Source: Camelus ferus (taxonomy: Eukaryota). From it: a stretch of 64,000 nt of DNA. A program made the position numbers and the translations under genes. The stretch covers positions 55,616,001-55,680,000 of the forward strand of contig NC_045707.1 of the NCBI RefSeq assembly GCF_009834535.1. The letters run 5' to 3'. How positions within the stretch are numbered: the first letter of the stretch is position 1; each line of letters starts with the position of its first letter. The notes beneath the pieces are model-generated. The model had not been told where the DNA came from and searched no databases. It worked only from the letters and a program-made list of their open reading frames with translations. Positions 38,095 through 50,080 of the stretch are shown here, in pieces.

Positions 38095-39415
38095 ACAGGG
38101 TTTTTTAGTTACTATGGCTGCAAAACAATCCTCCCCACACTTAGTGGTGTAAATAACCATTGTATTATACGCACAGATTCTGTTGGTCAGGCTTTCAGAA
38201 AGAACACAGGCAGGACAGATTTGTTTTTTTTTTCTGGTTACCACCCCCAGCACCAAAATGCCTGGTGCTTTAGCTGGGAAAACTCAAAGGCTAGAGGTAA
38301 CAAAACGTCTGGGAGCTGAAATCATCTGAAGGCTGATTAACTCATGTATCTGATAGGAAGTGAAAGCAGCCGCCTCCAACCGTGGCTAGGGCAATTTTGT
38401 TTGAATCCTAAGCGCATCAATCCCACGAGGACCAGATTTCCTGTCTTTTATAACGTAGACTCTGAAGACACATACGTAACTTCTGTTGTAATCCCAGCTC
38501 ACCCAAATTCAATGGGAAGAGAACACAGATTCCCCCTACTTCTCACTGGGAGGAGTGTTAAGGACACATTTTAAGAAGAGCATGTGGGAGCGAAATATGT
38601 TCAAAACTAATTTTGAGAAATACAATTTCCCACTGTCAGCCTGCTAGCCCCCCCAAATTCATATATTCTCATGGAAAATGTGCTCTTGATTCCCTCTAAA
38701 ATCCCCAAATCTAATCCAATTATAACATAAGCTTCAAGTTAAATGTCTTACTATCTAAATCAGGTCCAAATACATACTGGGCTCTTTAAATGTGATTACT
38801 TGGCTACAGCTCCTTCAGTACCATTTCTGTCAATCAGAAAAACTGAACTAAAGTTATCTGCCCTACACATACCCAAAAAGTGGTGGGATATTCATAGGGT
38901 AACGGCTACAGACTCTCCTATTTTAAAGGGATGGAAATAACAGACACGTGGCAAGCATTGTTCTACAGCAATTTTTAAATGCAGTGCATTCCTTGATCAA
39001 ACTAAGTCCTACTACTTGAGAGCTGTTCTCTACGGCTCTTCGCCCTTCCCTCTAAGCTCCTGATTCTACCTTTTAGGATCTTGGCTTTGCCTTCTGAGTC
39101 TTCCTTCTTTTTCTGTAAGAATCGTCCATGTTAGCAGCTGAGAAGTCGTCTCAGCCTGCTTCCTTATACCACAGTGACCGAGTTTCAAGAGTGAGTGTCC
39201 CGAGAGGACCAAGTAGAAACTACATTGCCTTTTATAACCGAGTCCTATAAATCACACAGCATCATTTATGTTGTAGTCACAAGCTCTCCAGATTTTAGAA
39301 CAGAGAATATCACAGACCCTCTATCTCAATAGAAGTTTTAAAGATAAATTTTAAGATGAACTTGTGGAATTATACAAAATGTTTCAGGCATTTTGAGAAA
39401 ATACAATCAGCCGTT
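38095..39415 (-). mobile_element. internally deleted MaLR provirus: MLT1 LTR, MLT1-int 3' end, partial second LTR
   Basis: Two related LTR segments ending 'ttttgagaaatacaatttcccac' (about 38632) and 'ttttgagaaaatacaatcagccg' (about 39413) flank MLT-int-like sequence ('aagttatctgccctacacataccc...acagactctcctattttaaaggg'). Confidence 0.7.
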
Positions 39416-39639
39416 ACTGGGGACTCTGTTTTCTGTTTGGCCATTTTAAACCGAAGAGTCTCGATTCAGTCTTCAGACTCCTAATCCAGTTTAGCTACTA
39501 CTAGTAAGAAATAAAGGTATAGAGACAGTCTTACGTGGAGGCAGAGTGGTCAGTGACTTCCTGCGTGGGATACGAAGCCCTATTCAAAAAAATTAGCCCT
39601 TTCCCCTGGTATTAGTAAAGATAGGCTAGAATGAAGGAG

Positions 39640-40015
39640 GAAAAAACCCTCAAAAATATCTCTAAAAATAATCACCTATCTAAAAAAATAATCACCTACT
39701 CCAGGCTTTTTTAACAATTCAAAGTGATCTGGTTGATAGTTAGCTCTGCTCCTTTTTGTCAATCAAGGATCCATGGCTCTCGGATTAGCCTACCATCTTC
39801 AAGAGTTGAATTCCAAAGTATTCTTGCAGGGGCACCACCCAACACAGTGAGAAGTAGAAAAGAGAAGTAGAAACCAAAGTGGTTTTATAAGGTTTTTATG
39901 GGCCAGATCTGGAAGCAGTCTGAGTTCGCTCAGTTTCCATTGCCAGAACTCTGTAACATGGCACACCTAACTGCAAATCTATATATGCATGCATAGTTTG
40001 TGCCCAGGCTGAAGA
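39640..40015 (-). mobile_element. old MLT1 LTR fragment
   Basis: 'gggccagatctggaagcag...ttccattgccagaactctgtaacatggcacacctaactgcaa'. Confidence 0.6.
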
Positions 40016-40134
40016 GGCCATGTATTTTCCTGAAAAGTCACATCCAACTTTCCCCAAATACACTCTGCCAGCTCTTTATTAAAACCACCATCTTCCCACT
40101 GTTAGGGTGCAGCACATCTCCAACTTTCAGCATC

Positions 40135-40608
40135 ACTTGTGCAGTTTAGTCTCTCTCTACACCCCCTGGAGATCCACAGTGCATCCTTCTCTGTTCTAGT
40201 CTGTGCCCTGACAGACTAATCTTAGGGCTGCATCCCCTAGGCTTGCTTGCCCGCTAGTTTCTGGATGGGTGTGGCCAGTGGGAGATGGAGAGAGAAAATC
40301 TAAAGGAGAAGGGAAGAGGTCAAGTGTACTGATTCCCTCCCCCTGGTTATCTAGCAGCAGCTTCATTCTAAGGCTGGAGATCCCAGAGGGTGGCCACTGG
40401 ACTCCAGTAACACTTGCCCCTCCTGGCCCCTTTAGGTCTGTGGTGTTAACAGCTTCTCACTCAAGCTAATTTCCTAGTGTTTCTCTACTTTTTTGTTGGT
40501 TCTCACAGACTTTCCCACCCCTCTCTCTAAGTAGTTCCTTCATTAAATCGTTCTCAGTTAAACTCTCTGAGATGCCATCTGTTTCCCATCTTGCCCCTGA
40601 CTGATACA
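40135..40608 (+). mobile_element. ERVL LTR (LTR33A/LTR50-like)
   Basis: 'cagactaatcttagggctgcatc...tggccagtgggagat...ttcattaaa...gatgccatctgtttccc...cctgactgataca'. Confidence 0.7.
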
Positions 40609-40699
40609 AGCATTCTGCAGACCTCATTTGGTTCAACATATAATTATGAGGTGCCTATTTGTGCAAGTCTGGGATACATAAACTAGAAATAAAAGGGGA

Positions 40700-41222
40700 C
40701 TGTCTCAGTTTTAGTCATCTATTGTATACAACAAATTATACCAAAATTCGGTGGCTAGAGAGAAAACATTAAGAATTTCTCAGTTTCTTTGGGGAAGGTA
40801 TCTGGGTGCAACTTAGGTGGGTTCTTTGGCTCAGGGTGTCTCTCACAAGCTACCATCCAGGGGTCAACCAGGGTGCAGTCGTCTTCAGACTCGACTAAGA
40901 GAGGCTCTGCTTCCAAGCTCACTTACATGCCAGTCCGAGGCCACCTCAGCTTCACGTCACATGGACCTCTCCAGAGGGCAGCTCACACATAGCAGCTGGC
41001 AACAGCCAGAGAGAGCAAATGAGGAGAAAGGACAAGCATGACAGAAGTGGGATCTTCTTGCAGCTCAGTCTCTAAAGTGACATCACATTGTTTTTGCCAT
41101 ATTCTACTCACCAAAAGCAAGTTCTGAGGCCCCGCCCGCCGTCCAGGCGAGGGGATTACACGCGGACAGAAAGTCAGGAGGTAGGCCTCACTGGATGCAC
41201 CTTAGAAGCTGCCTACTGTGTT
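40700..41222 (-). mobile_element. MLT1F-like LTR
   Basis: 'ggctcagggtgtctctcacaagctaccatc...tctgcttccaagctcacttacatg...aagtgacatcacattgtttttgccatattctact...ggggattacac'. Confidence 0.85.
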
Positions 41223-42859
41223 CCCTAAGCTGCCCTGTGACCCTGCAGTGTCCCCGCGGCTTGCAAGAAATGCCAGGAGGAACTTTTGATTATAGCCTAC
41301 AGTCTCTTCTATTTCCCCCTTTCCACAACAGAAGTCAACTTCCCTGCCCTTTTAATACACTCACTACAAAGATATACATACATCAATTAGAACGGCACTG
41401 CATCACTCTTAAATAAAAATCATTGCATGAAGAAAGGAAAGAGAATCTGGGTCTCTACAAAAATCTCAGTCAGTAATTTCTTGACATTAATTGCTAAGTA
41501 ACCAATTCTATTCTACATTCTAATGGACTCTGTAACTGTCTACAGATCCTTGCTGTGTTCTGCGTACCCCGAGTCACAGCGGGCAAAAATGATAAACTCA
41601 TTTGGGGATGGATTATTCAGTGGTCCCTACAGAGACTTAAACACAGAGTTAGAATAAAGTTACTTTTTTTTTTTCCCTTGTTATATCCTACCTTGGGCAC
41701 GTCCATTTTCTAAAGCCATGCCATTTTTTCCTTGAAAATAATATTTATACAGTAGAAGGGATTTCTTGAGTAAAATTAGATTTTTCAAAGGGATCAGCAA
41801 TAGAGGTAGACTTCAAAGTAATGTAATTTACACCGCCGAGCTTCTTTTGACCTGTAATTTACAACACGCCTGCTGTCACTTTCTTGCTCAATCATGGGAG
41901 ATGCGGAGCATCAGTCCTTGAAAAAAGACAGATGACCTCACAACACACCAGGTCTCCAGAGATCCTCAACAACAGGGTACCAAAAGAAATTACATTTTGC
42001 TTTTTTGAAGTACTGGCCAATAAATGACTCTGTCTCTCCAAGTTCTTTTTTAATTCTCTTAAATCTCAAAACCAGCTAAAAGATCAGGACTTTTCCTAAG
42101 AAATAGTGTAATACTGAACAGATTATAAATTAACAGCCAGCAAATTTAACTGAGCCCACTTTAACCTGGTGAGCCTAAAGAGATATTTTTAAAGTATAAA
42201 GAAAAAAGAAGAAGAGGGGAAAAGTGTGCTCACTAGGCCAGCTTTTCTAACCTGTCTGGATTAAATGTGTCCTTTTAAAATAAGAAGTTTCTATTAGTTA
42301 TTGCATATCAAATGATTAAAACATCACATTCAAAAGAGCTCATTTTTAGCACTGATTCTTATCTCCTGAGTTCTTAACAGAAAAATGAAACTCAACACAC
42401 AGCAAACTGTACCCCTCATGTTACCTTAACATCACTGCCTATATTGGTTTCTTCCCTTTTTTTTCCTTAAATTCAAATCTCTCCTCTGTTTAAATATATA
42501 CATTATTCTGAAAGTCTGACATATTTACTAACTTCCCTCTCACAGCCTTGACACCCTCCTTAAGCCACCATCTTCAATTTTAGCAGCACTTTGATCTAAA
42601 CCAAATGGACTTTCCAATTTTGCCCCCAATTCCAGATCTCTTCTTTGCATTTGACTAGACTTCACCGTGTCTTACAATGTGTTACTTTCTCTCAGAGAGA
42701 CCACCCTTCCCTTGAGTCATTTCTTGACCCTCTCTTGTATCAACTGCTGAGCCTTCCTGCATTTCCACACTGCAGTCATCATCATGGTCCAAGGTCCCGT
42801 TACTCTGTGTCCAGATTAAGTCAACAACCTCCCTGATGGTGTCCCTACCGTTTGCCCCT

Positions 42860-43262
42860 CCTGGTTGTGTGCTGGACTCAGTAACAGTTCATGAAAGCAG
42901 TTTGTTAAATTTTCAGGAATTGCCAGTTGGTTTTTGACAAAAAATTCACAATTAAAACGTATTAACCTACACAAATAAATTATATTTAAAATAACAGTGA
43001 TAAATACACACATCTCACCCCTTCCTGCTTGGCTACATTTTACTATTTTCTATGGTCTGGAGTTGATTTACATCTATTACATCTGTAGAGTGGAAATATA
43101 ATGTAACGAAGGACTATCGTAGATCTCTTTCCGATTCTTCATTAAATGATGTCTGGAATTGACCGTGGTGGGAGTATTTACAACATGGAAACTGGCAAAT
43201 CCTACAAATCAGGACATTGGTTTTAGAGAGGAAGCTGTTGAACATTTTTCAGCACATTACTG
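42860..43262 (+). mobile_element. MER63B-like hAT-Blackjack element
   Basis: 'gtgtgctgg...ttgttaaattttcaggaattgccagttgg...gtggtgggagtatttacaacatggaaactggcaaatcctacaaatcagg...cagcacattactg'. Confidence 0.8.
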
Positions 43263-43334
43263 TCATTGCACAGTGACACATCAGCCTCCTCTGCCTCTTC
43301 CTTGGTGAGGAGCCTACAGTGGGATATGGGCATT

Positions 43335-43948
43335 GTATTAGGCTTCTCTAGAGAAATGGAACCAACAGGATTGATCAGCCGATCAATTGATCTATCTATA
43401 ATCTATCTATCTATAGTATAAATAGGATAGGCTATATAGATGGGATCTATCTATCTATAGATAGGATAACATCTCTAGATAGGATATATCTACATATAGG
43501 TCGATATAGAAATACAGATATAAGTATAGACATATAGAGATACACATGTAATATTTATTATAGGAATTGGTTCACACAATAATGGAGTCTGGAAAGTCCC
43601 AGGACCTGAAGTCTACAAGCTGCAGAACCAGCAAGCTGGTGATGTCAATTCATTCCACATCCAAGGGTCTGAGAAACAGGAGTGCTGATGTCCAAAGGCA
43701 GAAGATGGATGTTCCAGCTCAAGCAGAGGGCAACTTTGCCCTTCTTCTACCTTTTTGTTCTATTTGGGCCCTCAATGGATTAGATGATGCTTATCTGCAT
43801 TAGGGAGAGCAATCTTTGCTCAGTCTACTGATTCATATGCTAATCTCCTCTGGAAACACCCTCACAGACACACCTAAAAATAAAGTTTTATCAGCTATCT
43901 GGGCATCCCTTAGCAGAAGTCAAGTTGACCCAAAAAATTAACCCTCAC
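43335..43948 (-). mobile_element. MLT2B-like ERVL solo LTR with internal TATC/GATA simple repeat
   Basis: 'tgtattaggcttctctagagaaatggaaccaacagga'...'ctgggcatcccttagcagaagtcaagttgacccaaaaaattaaccctcaca'. Confidence 0.9.
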
Positions 43949-46284
43949 AGGTGCATCTGGTCGTCAGTCAGTGAAGATCTGCAGGTCCAATACCAGCAGA
44001 GAGGATGTAACTGTGGTTTCAGGTAAGACAGAGACACAGAGACAAGGGACGAGATGGAAGAGAACAGAGTATAAGCCTGTGAAGTCTGAGAACAGGGTCC
44101 AGTCAAGAAGCCCTGAGACAACTAAGTCGAGCTTTCCTAGTTCGAGTAACAACTCTATCTCTATCTCATCTAAACTGTCCTAAATGACCTCTCCTGCCTC
44201 CAAACAGAACAAAAACAAACAAAAAAGTAATAAATGGTCCTAAATGAGAAAAAATGATCTCTGTTTATTGGATAGAAGATAAATCACTGAGAATATCCAT
44301 GCCCAATGACAGAAAAATCAGAAAACCTGTGCACTTAGCTGCAAAGGAAGTTAAAGATCTTTGCTTTTACTGCACACATTTTTCTAGCTGTTATGAAAAA
44401 TTCTCCAGTCTTTTTTTCCACCCTCTCCTGTAGTTAACATTAAACAAAATCAAGCAGATAGCTTATAAGCTATGACTATAACTTAAATTAGAAGAAAGAC
44501 TTTGTGGTTATATCTTCAAGTATAATCAGCAATTATGAACTGGAAAATTCCCATTCAAAAAGTGTGTTTCAATCTCTTTGATGTTTACGGTGTAATTTCT
44601 CTGTCTCAAATGCAAGATGGTTAGGACTTTCATCTTTCCTCCTTTCTTATTATTTGTGATTCATAGGTTTTTGGTTGAAAGTATTTTTAGCAGAAATTTT
44701 TAGAAAAGCTTTTTATATTGTACCATAATACCAGTTATTTGATAGTTATTTTATTATCCAAAATAATTTCAACAATTCTGAATTGTTATTATATGTTATG
44801 CTACACTAAATTTTTATAAATAAAATTGCTTTCCTAAAAACTATACAGATTAAATTCATCATTATTCTATAACTACTTTGAAATATCACTATATCAAAAA
44901 GATAACAAGTGGTTTATTAAAAATGTCTCATACATATCATTATTGTAAGCTACTATACGTCTTTCTTCATTTTAGTTTTCAAAATCTAATGAAAGTTACA
45001 ATATTAACCATATTTCATAGCTGTGTTTTCTAAATGTTTCTATGTTGTCCAAATTTCAAGACTTCTACTCTAAAGTCAATTTTCCTTCTTCTAGCTGACC
45101 ACACAGAGAAAGAATTTTCTATATATAAAGACAATACAGAAGTGAAAACCATTTGTAAGTAAAGAGTTGGAGCCAACAAAATAAGAAAAACTTCTCATTT
45201 CTCTATCTCCCTGACTTACTCAAATTTGTTATAACAAATATGAAAAAAAAAAAAAAAGGAATTGAGGTGACTGCTAAAAACAATAAATTCATTACATAAA
45301 TAATTCTTTTTATAGTGTATTATTAAAGAATTAACATTAAACTGATGGCCTGATAACAAAACAAATTAGTATGCTATCTCTTTCAGCATGTCTTTCAAAA
45401 CCTCAGCACCATTTTCTATTTGAGGAATTATAAAAGTCAAATTTTAGTCACCATTTATATGCACTTTAAATTTATTTGTCTTTCATGCTTTCTTTAATGA
45501 GAACTTGGTATTAGGAAGTCTAACATGATAGGGTCAATTTCCACTGAAGCTGTTTGCATTTGTGGCGAGAATCCTCCCAAGCTCTTGGGACCCAGTCATC
45601 TTACACATACATTTCAAAAATTAAGCACGGGACTCAGCAAGAGAGTGCAAGTGAACAAATCAACATCTACATACCTGTAATCTTGAAAAAAAAAAAAAGA
45701 CACAAATCATGTGGCCTTTTGATGATGGTTCAGGAGCTGCTTATCATATTATGCAAATACAAAGAACACCATAAGGCAAGTAGGGTGAAAACTAACATTA
45801 CTGAAGTCAGCAAACCTAGGTGTGCAACTTACATGGACAACTGGCAGCTTTATGTTTTCAAATGAGTGACTCAACTACTCTGCTTCTTGTTTTAAAAGTG
45901 CCATGAAGGGATACTGTGTACATTAATTCATAAAACATATAAAAAAAATCCCACCTTAATATTAACCATTAATTCCCACAAACTCTACGAATCTCTCTTA
46001 CTTCATCCCGCAGAAGTTGTCCACAAGTGCCACCCTCAACGGGAACAAGCCTCTACCTTGATTTCAAGCATTTGTTTGTTTCACTAACAAATATTTTTAC
46101 ATCCTTACCAGTTTCTATCAAGTTAGAAAATAGAAGATGCTTGTCAGATCTTTAAGATAGAGATACCTTTCTCCTGATGAAGGTAATAAGCAGCAGTGGA
46201 AAGAACACTAGACTCAACATTCTGAAGACACTAAACCTAGCTGATGGTGACAACACTCTATGAACAGGTTGCATAATGTTTCCA

Positions 46285-46530
46285 TTTCACCAAGTAATTT
46301 TCTGCACCCACTAGGGGCTAAGTTGTTCTGGCTGCTGGGGATACAATAATGAACAAGAAAAAATATTTCTGCATTTCTCTCGGCTCAGCATCGAATTTGA
46401 ATAACAGACAACTAACCAAGTCATTATAGTTACATGTGACATTACAGAAGAAATAGGAGCTATAGTGGGAATGCCTAGCAGGGATGCCCAGAAGATATCA
46501 GAGCCGGGGTGCAAGAGAGATTTCATAAAG
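46285..46530 (-). mobile_element. L2 3' fragment
   Basis: 'gttctggctgctggggatacaataatgaacaag'. Confidence 0.6.
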
Positions 46531-46942
46531 ATTTCCTTCCATCCTCCCCTAGCTCACTGTTCAGCTCCACAGGTCTTTTTTTTAATTCCTTGATCACACA
46601 GTTCTTCCTTTATTGAAATGTTCTTATTTCAGTTCTGCAAGTAACTGGCTCCCCACTCATCTCTCAAATCTTCATTGATGTCCACTCCTCAGAGTGAACA
46701 TTCTGAGTTTGTATCACAAGCAATCACTGACACATCGCCCTGTTTTATTCTCATCATTCCATGTATAGGTGATTAAAACAATCTTCACTTAGAATTGATT
46801 TAACCAGATGATATCTATTTCTGGAACTAGGACAGGAGTTCTAGGAAGGCGGAGCCTCTGTTTAATTTTAATCACTGTTGAGTGATCAGTGTTGAAAACA
46901 CGATGGGTGATTAATAGTTATTTGTTGAATAAATGATGAATC
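46531..46942 (+). mobile_element. L2 3' fragment
   Basis: 'cactgttcagctccacaggtc...gatgtccactcctcagag...tatttgttgaataaatgatgaat'. Confidence 0.65.
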
Positions 46943-46994
46943 TGCCTTGAGTACCTCACACAATGTTTAGAGAGTCAAATAAATAACAATTAAC

Positions 46995-47240
46995 AACAAC
47001 AGTGGCAGAAGCTTTGACACTTAAATGCTACTTTTTAGACTGCAGAATAATTTGATATACATCATTTCATTTGAATCACCTGTCCGATCTACGAAGGAAG
47101 TCTGGTATGATGGAAGAAGCAAAAGTTTGTGGAGGTCAAGTGATTTCTTTAAGGTCTCAAAGATAGTATATGAGTAATAGCAAAAGTGAAATGAAAATAT
47201 AGATCCTCAATGAACAAACTGACTCACTGTACCACATGGA
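46995..47240 (-). mobile_element. diverged MIR
   Basis: 'acatcatttcatttgaatc...gaggtcaagtgatttctttaaggtctcaaagatag'. Confidence 0.55.
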
Positions 47241-49829
47241 AATACAAACATTTTGCATACATAAATGGTAGACGTGCACAGGCAGAATCCTAAATAAACA
47301 AATTAGAAACTCATCAGCCACTTCCTAATGCAGTTTAACTAGCAAATAATCCCTAAATATTAATGATAAATCCATGCATTTGGCTCCCTTCCCCCAGGCA
47401 ATATGTCATTATGTTCTGACAACAGTAGCACATTTTTTACCACAGAAATGTTCTTTAAACTGAATGAAAAGGTAATTATTCATTAGCTATTAGTCTGCAC
47501 AATTTTGTAGCTGCTTGTTATATGTCAGATGCTGAGATGAGACTTGGCAGAGACACATGGAATTGAACAGAGAACCAAAAATGCAATATTCGTCAAATAA
47601 CTTTGTGAAGGTAAGTAATGGCTCAGCAGCAAGGTGAACTGATAAAAGATCAACGCAAATGATTCCACGAAGAGAGGGCCCTCATCTCAACAGGTCTCAA
47701 TCACAAGTAACATTTGGAACAAATTCATTAATAGGCACTCCAAAAATTCCCTAGGAAGACTCAAATTTAAAGCCATTTGGAAATCTAAAAATATAATGTA
47801 CGTTAACGTTCCAAAAAGTAATGCAAACTTACAACTCCTGAGCTTTTTCCCAAGTAAGTATCTTCCTACTGTGAAGATTAAGAACTGGGGAAGGCAGATG
47901 GGGAGGGAGGCGAGCAAGTCCGTCTTTTAATCCATTATTCACTTAGGACAGGGATAAATCCTTAGAGAATATAAAACTTCTTGTAGACAAAAAAAGAAGA
48001 AAAGCCCTATCTTACTGTGCTAGATTAGCATTACCAGGGCAAGCATTTTCTCTGAATCACTGAAAGAAAATATTCCTTCTGGAATCATTGAAAAGTCAGA
48101 CAGCCAGTGTGATTCCAGCAGAAACATGTGCAAAAATAAGTAAAATAAATTAAAAGTGCTTTATATGTATACATTTGGATCCAAGTTTTGAAATGTGCTA
48201 TTTCTTAATATTTTCCAAGACCAATTTATGGAACTCTCATTATATTTTATGAACATCTCAGTAATCAACCTATACTGGTCATATTAAATATAAACATTTA
48301 ACACTACTTATCGAATTCCATTGCTTATGACCAGTAACAAGGAGGCAATTACTGAGTAACTTTTGAGAAACTTTGTTTCTAACATGAAAAAATAAAAATT
48401 TACCAATAAATATTATGTCAGGATTAATTCAAAAGTAGACAGCTATGTACAAAATAGTTTTCTGATGTCACTATTTTTCAAAATTATTTAACAGTGTATC
48501 TTTAATAGAGTTCAACAAGTCTTCATAGAAAACAGACAACATGCCTGCAATTGTCCTTAGGATGCAAAGGATACAAAGATGAAGAGATGCTGATGCTGTT
48601 CTCAAACACAAAATTTCAGCCCACCTGTTATAATACATAAATTCCACACCCCCCCCCAAATACAATCCTGATGAAAAAGTTTTACTCGGTGAATTTAAAT
48701 AAACAGAAAGAGTTCATTATAAAGCAAATGCAATCTTAAAATTCCAAAATTTCCTTGGGAGATTAATTTCCTGGTTAAGGTTGTCCAGAATAATCGTCTT
48801 CAAAATTAAATATAATTTTCCTAAACACATGCTGATCTGCCTAAAGCTATGTAGGTAACAGCACAAAGTAAAATCAGTGTTTATATGTCTATAAACACTT
48901 CACGTATTTTCTCTAATGCCGTGCACGGTTACCTCTGTTTCATAGTCCTTGAAGTCTTAAAAGTAAATACCTTATTAAAATATAGGCCTTTTCTAGAGGA
49001 ATAATATTAAATCATTATCATCTCCTGATAAACTAGTGTAGATTAGTTTAGAAAAGGAAGGCACTTAGCAATTTGGCTACTTTCCAATTTCATCATTATT
49101 GATGTTCTTATTCAGATGTCTTAAAATTTTGATAAAGTATCAACATTTCACAGACACTGTAACATAAAGATTCCAAACTGGTTTTTTAAGATTTCTACAT
49201 AAAATTGAATCCTACCTTCCAAAGAATGATTTTTTCTCCTTTTTCAGTTTTATTAGGTAGAATTATTACAGTTTGACTGCACATAAACATTATATTGAAT
49301 GATTTAAACGCTTAAAATAAAACACACGCACACCCGTGTACAGACATATGCAAAATGCATAACTCTATACACATACACAGCTTTTGAGAACAAGAAATCC
49401 CAAATGCTATACACTGAGAAAGATACAAATGATCACTCTCTTGAATTCATTTAATTATCGTGACTGAGACTGAGTTTTGAGTGCACTTCCTTGTTTATTT
49501 GCTCATTCCTGAAGGAGAGTATGTATTCTCTAGCGCTCATTATCTTGAAAAAATACTCTCCTGGTATTAACTTCTAAAATGAATTTTGTCTCATGATTCC
49601 TTAAACAAATGACACTGAACACCTAATAGACCATGCATACTGACAAGTTTGCAGCATATTCAGGTCTATTCGTGGTTTTGTTTTATGTATTGTTTCTCAA
49701 AGAGAACTGAGCATCAAATACAATTCAGTGAAGATTTTACTTCAAGAAGATAGCTAATTAAGGGTTGGTTTATACAGTTCAGGTTTTATTAGCTTGGTAG
49801 GGACACAAGATAGACTTCCTATGTTAGAT

Positions 49830-50080
49830 ATGGAAACGGTCAGATCTTGGGCCACAGATAATCTGCATGCGTGATTTTTCTGGCCAGCACTTACAATGGA
49901 GAGAATTCACATAGCAGTAGTGATTCACAAATGCTCTTGAAACAGAAGATTCTACATCCCTGCATGTCCACCATCAGCTGGAGTTGAGTAAAGACTGCAC
50001 CCTTTAGATACTACTTGGAGCTGTCCCTTTTTCTGTCACCTGACCCCTTTCACTCATCTTAATTACCTGCCTGGGCTTAA
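49830..50080 (-). mobile_element. MER102-like hAT-Charlie element
   Basis: 'atcagctggagttgagtaaagactgcaccctttag...ttcactcatcttaattacctgcctgg'. Confidence 0.65.

Noticed and set aside
39661..39700. Small tandem duplication TCTAAAAATAATCACCTA
   Set aside because: An ordinary local slippage duplication; similar ones occur near 22450, 39850 and 59390.
45675..45681. 7-nt - strand microexon ATTACAG after a poly(T) tract
   Set aside because: The pyrimidine tract is just a mononucleotide run and there is no other support.
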